Origin: Squalus acanthias
Taxonomy: Eukaryota
Assembly (NCBI GenBank): GCA_030390025.1
Contig: CM059432.1
Location: forward strand, 32,304,001-32,368,000
Length of the DNA stretch: 64,000 nt
Direction: 5' to 3'
Under the pieces are notes generated by a model. The model worked only from the letters and a program-made list of their open reading frames with translations, did not search any database and was not told the origin of the DNA. The position numbers and the translations under genes are program-made. Positions 11,898 through 22,958 of the stretch are shown one piece after another; position 1 is the stretch's first letter, and each line of letters starts with the position of its first letter.

Positions 11898-12120
11898 TGA
11901 TAAAGTGAATAGGAAAAGTCTACTTCCTCTAGTTGAAGAGTCAATATAGCATTGTTACTAAGAGAGTGAGGTCAGTGTCAGCCATAGCTCAGTGGGTAGC
12001 ATTCTTGCCTCTGAGTCAGAATGTTGTGGGTTCAAGTCCCAGTCCAGAGACTTGCGCACAAAAATCTAGGCTGACACTCCCGTGCAGTGCTGAGGGAGAA
12101 CTGCACTGTCAGAGGTGCCG

Positions 12121-12790
12121 TCTAACCACTTCCCCTTGACATTCAATGGCATATCATCATTGAATTCCCCTACTGTCAACATCCTGGGGGTTACCATTGA
12201 CCAGAAACTTAACTGGACCAGCCACATAAATAGAGTGGCTACAAGAGGAGGTCATAGTCTTGGTATTCTGCAGCGAGTGCTTCACCTCCTAAATCTCCAA
12301 AGCCTTTCCACCACTACAAGGCGCAAGTCAGGAGTGTGATGGAATACTCTCCACAGCTCCAACAACACTCAAGAAGCTCAACACCATCCAGAACAAAGCA
12401 GCCTGCTTATTTGGGCACCCCATCCAGCCACCTTAAACATTCACTCCACTACTGGCATAACGTGCCTGCAGTGTGTATCACCTACAAGATGCACTGCAGC
12501 AACTCGCCAAGGCTTCTTTGACAGCACCGACCAAACCCGTGACCTCTACCACCTAGAAGGAAAGGGCAGCAGGCGCAGCAGGAAATATATCGCCATTCCT
12601 TTATCGTTGCTGGGTCAAAATCCTGGAACTCCCTCCCTAACAGCAGTGTGGGAGTACCTTCACCACACAGACTGCAGCGGTTCAAGAAGGCGGCTCACCA
12701 CCACCTTCTCAAGGGCAATTAGGGATTCGCAATAAATGTTGGCCTTGCCAGAGACAGCCGCATCCCGTGAATAAAATAAAAATAAAAATT
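12121..12790 (+). mobile_element. 3' fragment of a second CR1-like LINE family, following a SINE head (11975-12120)
   Basis: ILGVTIDQKLNWTSHIN motif and tail gggattcgcaataaatgttggccttgcc...catccc(aataa)n. Confidence 0.85.
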
Positions 12791-13060
12791 GTGTTGTAGA
12801 CATCTATGATTCTATTCTGAATATATTCTTAATCCTGTGATTTTTGCTACTTTTCACTCCTCTTCTGAAGGCATTGATTTCATGCTAGGGTCAGTAGAAC
12901 TGATGCTGGCTGCCCTACAATACCTCATCCCAGTGACTATTCTTCATGCATCATCCTGGACATTGAGTGTCCGCAGGTTGTTTTGCTGTTGGGAGGAACA
13001 TCACAGCACTGCATTCCCAACATCCACACACAATAGCTTTTCAACAATGTCATTGGATAG

Positions 13061-13438
13061 TAGGGTTGCCAACTCTGGTTGAAGCATATTCAGGGAGGTT
13101 TCATCACATGACCTCCCACCTTCAACCGCCCCACCCACCCACCCTCCTGCCATTGGTCATCCGGCACGTCAAATCTCACTGAAATGGGTCAGTAGTGGCG
13201 GCTACAATGCCCACAACCTCCAGAAACCACTCTATCCAGTTGGAGTGTGCATGTGCCAGGGCCATGTTGCATCCTTGGTCGCGTTGCGGCCTTGCCTACT
13301 TGTGAGTCCGCCCAGAGCAAAAAGGGAGAAGCAAATGCCCCCTATGATTTTTCTACCTGGTTGCTCTCACAAATATCCGGGAGATTAATCTATAAATCCT
13401 GGAGACTCCAGGACAATCCCAGAGGGTTGGCAATCCTA
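13061..13438. mobile_element. hAT-type MITE with TAGGGTTGCCA TIRs
   Basis: TIRs tagggttgccaac / gttggcaatccta. Same family as 20802-21128, 32651-32941 and 39378-39704. Confidence 0.75.
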
Positions 13439-14783
13439 CCTGGGTTTATGAGAGCCAACGGCTGGAAAAATACAAAAGCGAGGTGAAACTGCATATAAAA
13501 GTAGGCCTGGAATTTGAGATAACTTGTGCTTGGTGCTTTGAAGATTTGCTTTTCACACCTATGTGTTAATGTCCTTCCAGGTCAGAGTTAACAAGCTTTC
13601 ATCTCCAGGCTGGGCTGTGTTTTACTTTCTTCTGCTCACTGTAAACCCAAGCTGACTGCTACAAAGTGTGAAAGATTAGGTCACAGCCTTTGCTTAGGCC
13701 GCCTTTCATACAACAGTAGCATGCTTCAAATACCACACCCTCTGGGGAGCCGGTGACTCCGGCTCTCTCTCACAGCACATCAGCTTGCACAGCACAGAGA
13801 CAAACGACCATGGAAATGAGCCTGGTACTTGCAGCAATTGCCTCTCCGTACAATTAATCATCAAAGCTCCCCAGTCAGGACTTACTGTGATACACCAGCT
13901 GATGAAATGAATCACTGAGGTCCGGTCTATTGTAAGTTTCAACTATTTTGCAAAGAACATGCGCTTCGGATCTGTCAGCAACTGTAAGGAAATAAGATGA
14001 GTTAACTGATAAAGTTCTGATGAAGGATCCACACTGTAAACGTTACATTGTCCTTCCTCTTTACAAATACAGGCGCAGTCCTGCTATGTATTTCCAGCAT
14101 TTTCCAGATTTATTACAGATTTTCAGTGTTTTCTCTTTACCTCTGAAAGAGAAGAGGCAGATTATTATTATTTCAGTGGGTTCCCTTCATCAGAACCCAA
14201 CCACCCGAAATGTTAACCTGTCATATTACATATTACATAGAATCTACAACACAGAAACAGGCCATTTGGCCCAACGAGTCTATGCCGGTGTTTATCCTCC
14301 ACACGAGCTTCATCCCACTCTAATTATGTCTTCCCACCCTTCCCTCATCTCCCTCTATTCTCTTTTCCCTCTTATATGGATTGAGCCTCCTCTTAAATGC
14401 ATCAATGCTTGCTTCACCCACTGCATATGGCAGCGAGTTCCACATTCTCACCATTCTGTGTGTAAAGAAATTCCTCCTAAATTCTTCATTTGAACTGTTA
14501 GTGGCTATCTTATATTTAAGCCTGCTTGTTCTGGACTACTTGCATTTACATAGCGCCTTTAATGCAGTAAAACATCCCAAGGCACTTCACAGGAGCAGAA
14601 TCAGGCAAAAACAAAATTGATACAGAGCCAAAGAAGGAGACACTAGGAGAAGTGATCAAAAGCTTGGTCAAAGAGGTGGGTTTTAAGGAGCGTCTTAAAG
14701 GAGAAGAGAGAGGTAGACAGGGGGAGAGGTTTAGCGAGAGAATTCCAGAGCTTAGGGCCTAGACAACTGAAGGCACAACCATC

Positions 14784-15893
14784 CAGTCCTACTCGGGTCC
14801 CCTCCCTCACCTCTTTTTCCGGTACATTGATGACTGTATCGGTGCCGTCTCCTGCTCTCGCCCTGAACTAGAACATTTCATTCACTATGCTTCCAATTTC
14901 CACCCTTCCCTCACCTTCACATGGTCCATCTCCGACTCTTCCCTTCCCTTCTTCGACTTCTCCATCTCCATCTCTGGGGATAGGTTATTGACTAACATTC
15001 ACTACAAGCCCACTGACTCCCACAGCTACCTGGACTACACTTCCTCCCACCCCGCCTCCTGTAAGGACTCTATTCCATTCTCCCAGTTTCTCCGTCTCCG
15101 CCGCATCTGCTCTGATGATGCCACCTTCCATACCAGTGCTTCCGACATGTCTTCCTTTTTCCTCAACCGAGGATTCCCCTCTACCGTGGTCGACACGGCC
15201 CTCGACCGTGTCCGTTCTATCTCCCGCACTTCTGCCCTCACCTCTGCCCCTCCCTCCCGGAACCACGATAGGGTTCCCCTTGTCCTCACCTTTCACCCCA
15301 CCAGCCTCCACATTCAACGGATCATCCTCCGCCATTTCCGCCACCTCCAGCGTGATCCCACCACCAAACACATCTTCCCCTCACCTCCCCTTTCAGCATT
15401 CCGCAGGGACCGCTCCCTCCGCGACACCCTAGTCCACTCCTCTACCACCCCCAGCACCCCTTCCCCTTCGCCCGGCACCTTCCCGTGCACGCGCAGGAGA
15501 TGCAACACATGCCCTTACACCTCCCCTCTTCCCACTGTCCAGGGCCCCAAACACCCCTTCCAGGTGAAACAGCGATTTACTTGTACTTCCTGCAATTTAG
15601 TATACTGTATTCGCTGCTCACGATGTGGTCTCCTCTACATTGGGGAGACCAAACGCAGATTGGGTGACCGCTTTGCGGAACACCTCCGTTCAGTCCGTAA
15701 GGGGGACCCCGAGCTCCCGGTGGCCTGTCACTTTAATTCACCGCTTCACTCCCACTCTGACCTCACCGTCCTCGACCTATTACACTGTTCCACGGAAGCG
15801 CAGCGTAAGCTCGAGGAACAGCACCTCATCTTTCGTTTAGGCACGCTACAGCCCTCTGGACTCAATATCGAGTTCAACAATTTTAGATCATAA
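14784..15893 (+). CDS. Penelope-like RT (from YIDD) + Cys-rich linker + GIY-YIG endonuclease, 5'-truncated open frame
   Basis: The frame is open from the insertion edge (QSYSGPLPHLFFRYIDDCIG) into ORF 14988-15893, with YKPTDSHSYL, CTRRRCNTC and NLVYCIRCSRCGLLYIGETKRRLGDRFAEH. Confidence 0.88.
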   Translation, partial: QSYSGPLPHLFFRYIDDCIGAVSCSRPELEHFIHYASNFHPSLTFTWSISDSSLPFFDFSISISGDRLLTNIHYKPTDSHSYLDYTSSHPASCKDSIPFSQFLRLRRICSDDATFHTSASDMSSFFLNRGFPSTVVDTALDRVRSISRTSALTSAPPSRNHDRVPLVLTFHPTSLHIQRIILRHFRHLQRDPTTKHIFPSPPLSAFRRDRSLRDTLVHSSTTPSTPSPSPGTFPCTRRRCNTCPYTSPLPTVQGPKHPFQVKQRFTCTSCNLVYCIRCSRCGLLYIGETKRRLGDRFAEHLRSVRKGDPELPVACHFNSPLHSHSDLTVLDLLHCSTEAQRKLEEQHLIFRLGTLQPSGLNIEFNNFRS

Positions 15894-16170
15894 CCTCAGC
15901 TCCAATCACATTTATATTTTATTTTTTCCACCCTTTTATTTGCCCCCCCCCACCTTTTTTTTCCTCCTAGAAGCTGGCAGCTGTCCTTCATTCTGCCAGT
16001 GGATTTCACACTTCTTTCAGCCTTAATCTGTCACATTAACACCACCTCTAGCCTTGCATATCTCTTAATGTCTCTTAATGTCTCTTCATCTCCCCCTTTG
16101 TTCTTTTATCCCCTCCCCCTTTTCCCAGCTTTACTCTGGCCTTAAATCTATTTGATTTCCGGCTCTTCAC

Positions 16171-16207
16171 AGTTCTGACGAAAGGTCATCGACCTGAAAC
16201 GTTAACT
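16171..16207 (+). ncRNA. Candidate minimal type I hammerhead ribozyme in the Penelope 3' terminus
   Basis: agtt-CTGACGA-a-aggtc/atc/gacct-GAAA-cgtt-aact: core boxes, 5-bp stem II, palindromic AACGTT stem III and 4-bp stem I. Confidence 0.7.
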
Positions 16208-17178
16208 CTCTTTCTCTCTCCACGGATGCTGCCTGGCCTGCTGAGTTTTTCCAGCGTTTTCTGTTGTTATTGCACAACCATCATTGCTGGGATGAAGGAA
16301 GTTGGGGATTTACAAGAGGCCAGAATTCTCAGAGGGTTGTAGGGCTGGAGGAGGTTACTGAGATAGGACGGGGCGAGGCCATGGTGGGATTTGAACAAAA
16401 GGATGAGAATATTAAAATCGAGGCATTCGGAGACTGTCGACCAGCGAGCACAGGGATGATGGGTGAAGGGGACTTGGTGCATGTTAGTATATGGGCAGCA
16501 GAGTTTTGGATGAGCTCAAGATCATGGAGGATGGTAAGTCGGATGCTGGCCAGGAGAGCATTGGAATAGTCAAGTCTGGAGGTAACGAAAGCATGGATGA
16601 GGGTTTCAGCAGCAGATGGGCTGAGACAGGAGTGGAGATGGACAATATTACTGAGGCGGAAGCAGGCAGTCTTGGTGATGGAGAGGATAAGGGACTGGAA
16701 GCTCAGCTCAGGATCAAGGTACAGTCCTCCTAATGAGGCATCTGGCAATGCCGTAGCACACAGGAGAGAAAATAAACTGGGCGTGTAAATGTTTATTTTA
16801 ATGTCAGGGTGGAGAGACGATATGAAACCTTGGCCCACGTCCAGTGTGGAACCTGTGCCAGAGCAGTTAAAAATGCAGGCTTAAATTTTATCAGCTGTGC
16901 TGACAGAATCTCACCATAACTGCAGCAGAAGCCAGACAAAACAGAACAGGCCTTGGGTACTTTGACGGAGAATCTAAACCATGAGCTCTCAGTTGGCCTT
17001 GCGCGGAGCCTCCAGCCGCCCTACATAAGGCAAGTGATGCAAGGAGCACAGCGCTGGGGCTGGGTGCAAGGGAACTCTCTACACTGAGAGACCACGCTTC
17101 CCTGGCCTTGATGGGACACAGCGCGTATTTGAAGGCCGGTACTAGCAGCGAGATAACACCTTCAGGAGGGGACATGTG

Positions 17179-17288
17179 AGTCCCACAAGGAGGACCCACA
17201 AGGGGGTCCCACAAGGGGGTCCCACAAGGGGATCCCAAAAGGAGGTCCCACGAGGTGGTCCTACGTGAGTCCCACAAAGGGATCCAGG
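17179..17288. repeat. Degenerate about 13-bp tandem repeat (gtcccacaagggg)
   Basis: About 8 imperfect units, visible directly. Confidence 0.8.
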
Positions 17289-17859
17289 CTAGGGAAGCAG
17301 CCTGAGAATGAGGATTTTGTTGGAAAAGAAATTGCAAGTATCACCCTACCCCCTTACAAAGAAATATTTCTCCAAGGCAGAGGGGACCTGGGCACCCACC
17401 CACCGCCACCACCGAGATGGCAGCAGGTGTCGGAGTTACTGGTGGGTGAGGGCCAGGAATGCACCCGCAGTGGCATGGACGCCCTGCAGGCCCCTTGCAA
17501 ATGAAGTCCCCTCCCATTGGCTCCACATATTCCCATGGGGTCAGCGCCGAAGTAGACTGATGGGTGCAATCCTGGCGCAGGTGCCGAGTTCACGGCCCCA
17601 GAGGTTTTTGGGCCCACAGTACCTTGTCCCATTGTAGTCAGACATGCTGCTACGTGTCCGCAAGTCTGTTCATACTGCATATATGGGTTTATTAAGAGAT
17701 TTGAGCTTGGACATAACTGCTGGTAATGTCAGTGGATGAATGCCTAACACATTCATGTGGCATTCCTTTGTCCGTTGTTTGAATGCCTCAAAGTGGACAA
17801 AGGCATTTTATACTAACATGTTAAGGGTTTGCCTGCTGATATCACCCTCAGTAAATTCT

Positions 17860-18604
17860 TCTCTTACTTCTTCTCTTCTTAGGCAGTCTCTCGGAACCGA
17901 GGATGACTTGCTTCCACATTAAAAATGAGTTCTCAGGTGACTGATGAGTCCAATGCGGGACCTACAGTCTCTGTCACAGGTGGGGCAGATGGTGGTTAAG
18001 GGGCGGGTGGGTGGGGTGCTTGGGTTGACGTGCGCTCCTTCCGCTGTTTGCGCTTGGCTTCCGCTTGCTCCCGGCGAAGAGACTCGAGGTGTTCGGCGCC
18101 TTCCCGGATGCGTCTCCTCCACTTTGTGCGGTCTTGGGCCAGGGATTCCCAGGTGTCAGTGGGGATGTTGCACTTTTTCAAGGAGGCTTTGATGGTGTCC
18201 TTGAAGTATTTCCTCTGCCCACCTGGGGCACTCTTGCCGTGTCGGAGCTCCGAGTACCGCCTTCAGTGTGCCAGTGCAGCCTTCGGTCACCTGAGGAAGA
18301 GAGTGTTTGAAGACCAGGACCTGAAACTCGGCACTAAGCTCATGGTCTACAGAGCAGCAGTGATACCCGCCCTGCTGTATGCCTCAGAGACATGGACCAT
18401 GTACAGCAGGCACCTCAAAGCACTGGAGAGGTACCACCAACGCTGCCTCCGCAAGATCCTGCAAATCCATTGGCAGGATAGGCGCACCAACGTCAGTGTT
18501 CTCGCTCAAGCCAACATCCCCAGCATCGAAGCTTTGACCACACTCGATCAGCTCCGATGGATGGGTCACATCGTCCGCATGCCCGATACGAGACTCCCAA
18601 AACA
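17860..18604 (-). mobile_element. RTE-clade LINE 3' fragment with 5' inversion
   Basis: AGA-rich tail at 17860. The minus-strand part encodes GGQRKYFKDTIKASLKKCNI..W..LAQDRTKW and CPTCDRDCRSRIGLISH. The plus-strand part encodes LLYASETW..LRWMGHIVRMPDTRLPKQ. TSD AGTAAATTCT. Confidence 0.9.
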
Positions 18605-18807
18605 AGTAAATTCTAGGCTTCAGTTCTCACACATGAGAATGCCTAATCGCAGTTTTTGTCCTTGATGAAACGATTCATTTTACAGCCATTGTGTTCTCCA
18701 CATATCGATATATCTTCTAGATAAAATCAGTCTCACTAGTTGACATGTTGGCAATGATTCCAGCACTGGGCCTAGGTCTGTTTATTGAAATCTGATCACA
18801 CGTGTAC

Positions 18808-18973
18808 TAATGCTCCCTGTAAGCTGCGCTTTGTTCTGCATGGCCTGTTTCTTTCAATGTGCGGTCCCTTTAAATTTCTGCACATGCGTGTTATTCCAAC
18901 GTAGAAGCTTGTGAGCAGCTTCCGCGGGACCTTGCAGATTACCGCGCACGCGTGCCGCTTAGTGGAAACATTG
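18808..18973. mobile_element. 166-bp hAT MITE with perfect 8-bp TSD
   Basis: TIRs taatgctccctgtaagc / gcttagtggaaacattg, with ACGTGTAC at 18800-18807 and 18974-18981. Confidence 0.85.
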
Positions 18974-19195
18974 ACGTGTACAGTGTTTGGCATTGCAAAT
19001 GGACAGCCAGATCCGAGTGCTAATTTCACAATGCCCATTTGGAAGGCCAAGCCTTCTAATGCTCATTGGCATTATTGACGCAGTTCCTGGTATTGCCCAG
19101 TTACACACTTGATACCAAAACCAAATTTGGCAAGTGTCATTCAGAAGTGACAGAAGTGACTTTAAAGCAGCTGATCACATGGTTTTGACATTCAG

Positions 19196-20525
19196 GAGTT
19201 CAGTGGCCATTGCTCCAGCTGATTACTTGGCAGCTTCAAATGTACAGTAAAAGCTCCCACTTGAGAGATCTCCTCAGCCACAAACAGTTTCTCAGTCCAT
19301 TTCCAGCACAGATTCTGCAGACTTTCCACTTTCCACTCTTGATCCAGTATCACCTCATTGGAAGAACTCTCTCACCATTGACAGATTGCTTCTGTCATCT
19401 CTACTTCACCTGCCATCTATTCCATCAACATGGGTGCACTTTATACTGTCTCACCTTGGTCTTCAGAATCCAACCATGATCAGCCCCAACACCAGCAGCA
19501 CCAGGCACACCAGCAGCACCAACAACGCCACCAAACTTCTCCGCAATCACCTGATGCTGCACGGGACAGAGGGCATCAGCACCCGAGCACATTGTTGCCC
19601 GGGGGCTAGGGATGGCTTCACCATGGCCAGATTTATTTCACTTGACACTGTACACCCTGGCTGCCACATGATGCGCCAGGTTGTCACCACCCCACACCAA
19701 CACCATAAAGCATCCCTACAATGTCCAAGCCATTCCTTTCACACTCACCACCATTGCGGGGGGTACTGTTATGTCTCACCATTCACTGCAACTCACTAAA
19801 CCACTTCCAAAGGTGCACAAAAATCTGTCCAAGAACGGAAAGTGTTGAAAATCAAGGTTTCTATGTTTGACACCACATTAACAGAAACTTTACATGAACA
19901 TTGGATAAAACACCCAGTGGCTACCCTTGTATGTTGTTAGTTGGTATGATTGTGCTAGGATAAGGGTGAGTGTGAGGGGTGGCTAGTGAGATAGGGAAGT
20001 GATAATGTAGATAGAGAGGGATGGGTGGAAGTGCAAGGTAAGTTGGTGTGAGTAAGGATGTGCAGGAGTAGGGTAGAGAAGGCAGAGTGATGGGGATGTG
20101 ATGAGAGGCACAGCAGGATAAAGGTGAGTGTGGCTTTGTACTAACGTTTCGCCACTGCACCCAGGTCCTCCTGATGACAGCCCTGCTTGTGACCTCCTGT
20201 GCAATGTGCAACCAGGCATGGGAAGAGAAGAGGAGCTCCCTGCGTGCTGTGACTCCCTCTATAAGTATATGGAGGGAGTGATCCCTCTATAAGTATATGG
20301 AGGGAGTGACTCCCTCTATAAGTATATGGAGGGAGTCATGGGAGAACCTGGGTGCAGCCCTGTACCTCTGCGCAGTCATTGTCAGTGTTTGCAGCACTTC
20401 AATGCTGTAGAACACTGATAGCACAAATGTTAAAAGAAAGTTGGCCATGGTCCCTGTAAGGAAACCGGCTGATGATGCGTTATGAATGATGTCACCAGAC
20501 CTGCTTTCTCTAATTGGACCGGGAA
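19196..20525 (-). mobile_element. Second, inverted copy of the 2123-3849 Harbinger-like element (termini not found)
   Basis: Reverse complement aligns by eye to about 2260-3555, including the Myb exon remnant (MTAQRYRAAPRFSHDSLH). Confidence 0.85.
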
Positions 20526-20801
20526 TTGATTGCCACACCCTAGCTCAGGGGCACCAGTTGCAGTGTTAGCAGCCTTGCTGAATTTGCAGTTAAAGAGCAT
20601 CAAATGTAAAAATGGTCACACCCTGTTAAGTCACCGGCAAGGGCTTCTTTCTTTGATCTCTGTGTCACACCTACAGACTCTGAGTATCACTAGAGGCCAA
20701 TGGGTCTTATTGGATGAATTGATATCTTACACTTACCAGTATTTTAACAGAAAATGCTGCATTTACCCGGTAAAGTGTGTTTAGCCTAGAGTTATTTCAG
20801 A

Positions 20802-21128
20802 TAGGGCTGTCAACCCACCTGATTTCTCCTGGAGTCTCCAGTAATTGGTTAATCTCCCAGACACAGCTGCAAGCAACCCTGGAGAAAAATTACAGAGGAA
20901 TAAAGTAAAATCGGAGATGGGACAAAAACTGTTTGACTGACAGTTAAGAATCATCCAATTGGGTAATGAAGAGTCTCTTCGCCTTCCGATTGGCATGGGA
21001 AGGTAATGCAACATAAGGTTGGACGTGTAGGTTGGCCAATAGCAGGAGCGTGGGGGCGGGACAGTTCGAGGCAGGAGGGCAGATGATGAAACTTCTCGTA
21101 AAGCATCCAACCAGAGTTGGTAACCCTA
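20802..21128. mobile_element. hAT-type MITE (TAGGGTTGCCA family)
   Basis: TIRs tagggctgtcaac / gttggtaacccta, with flanks ATTTCAGA and GTTTCAGA (7/8 match TSD). Confidence 0.85.
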
Positions 21129-21389
21129 GTTTCAGACGATGGCAAAACTGTAGTTCTCCCTCATGTTGGCTTTGCTCATTAGTGTAAACAGGGAATCACC
21201 CACCATGCAGAGCCATGAAAAATGGGTCGCAGAATCTTTTTCTTGGGTCAAGGTTTCCTGATGTATTAAACTAAACATGGGTAGCCATTCCCGTGTATTT
21301 CCTGATCTATGAGGATGGTGCCTGAGTGGCATGGAGGCCGCCATCCTCGCAACTACCTCAATCACCTCCACTTCAGCGTCATCAACAGC

Positions 21390-21740
21390 TTCCATTTATA
21401 TCGTGCCTTTAATGTAATAAAACATCCCAAGGCACTTCACAGGAGTGCAATCAGACAAAAAAAAGTGACACCGAGCCAAAGAAGGAGATATTAGGATAGG
21501 TGACCAAAAGTTTTAAGGAGCGTCTTAAAGGAGGAGAGAGGGTGGAGAAGTGGAGCGATTTAGGGAGATAATTCCAGAGCTTAGGGCCTAGACAGCTGAA
21601 GACAAGGCCGGCAATGCTGGAGTGAACAAAGTGGGTATTGGACCAGAGGCCAGAATTGGAGGAACACAGAGTTCTCCAAGAGTTGTAGGGCTGGAGGAGT
21701 TATACAGATTTGGAGGGGCGAGACCATGGAGGGATTTAGT
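21390..21740 (-). mobile_element. L2 3' tail fragment
   Basis: catttatatcgtgcctttaatgtaataaaacatcccaaggcacttcacagg matches the other L2 tails in the window. Confidence 0.8.
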
Positions 21741-22005
21741 CAGGTGCTGGACTATTCCATCAGTTGCCTGCACCTTGGGTTTCCTTTTCTTTCATTTTTG
21801 CCCATGTTTCTTAGTCCCCTACTCGTTGAAACTTGCCAATGGGTTGTAATAGGTCGCTCAATCTTTTACAAAACCAAAACCTTTGTCCCCCTATTCTGAC
21901 ACTCCACTTTAATAGTCTACTTTAAAATTTGCTTAGACCAATTTTCCCCTCACCATTGGTGCAGTCCCTACACCTGTGCAAGCCTGCGTCTGAAGTTGGG
22001 CTAAT

Positions 22006-22566
22006 GAGGCCAAAATTTGATAGCACCCAATAATGGGCGCGGAATGATTGGCGCGCTGAACTCCCTGAGAACCATCCTTGCGCATCACCGGTGAGCTGCG
22101 GCTGCCAATTGAACACCCCGACACAGCTCGCCAGTCCAGGTCCCTCAAATTTCAGCCAGCTTTGACTCCAGGATGGCCCACAAGTACTTCCAGGGAGCGG
22201 GGGGGCGGGGGGCGGGGAGAAGACAAATGGGAGTGGAGCGAACGCGTACCAGTAGAAACCCGCAGTATTAGTGTACTCCTGCTCTTCCCTGCACCACATT
22301 GAGGTAATTTACCCTGCCGGTTTCTTCCAATGCCTCCAAGGCCGCTAAAGATCCTGGGAAACTAGTCGGACTAGTCTTAATTAATTTCCTGAAAATAGGC
22401 GCAGGGTATTCACTTCAAGGGCAGCCTAAAAAAAAGGCCACGCAAATTTAGCGGTGGCCCGAATCTCCGAGCAAATCGAGCGTGGGCCGTCGCTCTGCTA
22501 AATTCGCCATCGCTGCACCCATTCTACACCTGTAAAACGGGCGCAGCATTGTTGAATGCAGGCCGT
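22006..22566. mobile_element. Decayed GC-rich non-autonomous DNA transposon, possibly Harbinger-type
   Basis: Weak TIR-like ends with AAT on both flanks. The right end resembles the reverse complement of 38785-38940. Confidence 0.4.
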
Positions 22567-22958
22567 AATGAGTTGATCTCGGAAAACAGCCCACTTCCAT
22601 TTCAGTCCAAGCTGCCAATAGCCAATTGGGTCTAAACAACACCAAAGCAAAGGGTTTAAGCTTCAGTCACTGATTACATGGGGTATAGGCACAGCTTGCC
22701 AGATCCTGCTGCTGAATGTAATACCACTGTAGGTATAATCAGTGACAAAATGATGGTAGGGACACTGGAGTGCCACCTACGACCGATACCTCACCCACTC
22801 AATGCTGTGCCCACACACCTTCAGTCAAAGCCAATTGTCATTCTTTTAACAAAACTTTCGGATCCAGTGATCCTCAACCATTCTCAAGCTGGGCCCCACC
22901 AAAAAACTCAGCCTCTCATGTTCCTCCAGCTAAGGATACTGGTCATGGAAGAAATACT

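Larger units (their letters stand above)
14784..16271 (+). mobile_element. 5'-truncated Penelope-like retroelement with 11-bp TSD
   Basis: GCACAACCATC at 14773-14783 and 16272-16282 flanks an RT C-terminus + GIY-YIG ORF and a pLTR-type 3' end. Confidence 0.93.
14540..16720 (-). mobile_element. L2 3' fragment split by the Penelope insertion
   Basis: L2 tail at 14540-14783 continues at 16272-16720 (AETLIHAFVTSRLDYSNALL). Confidence 0.85.

Noticed and set aside
18030..18665. 211-aa ORF as a novel protein
   Set aside because: A chimera of antisense and sense RTE sequence created by the inversion.
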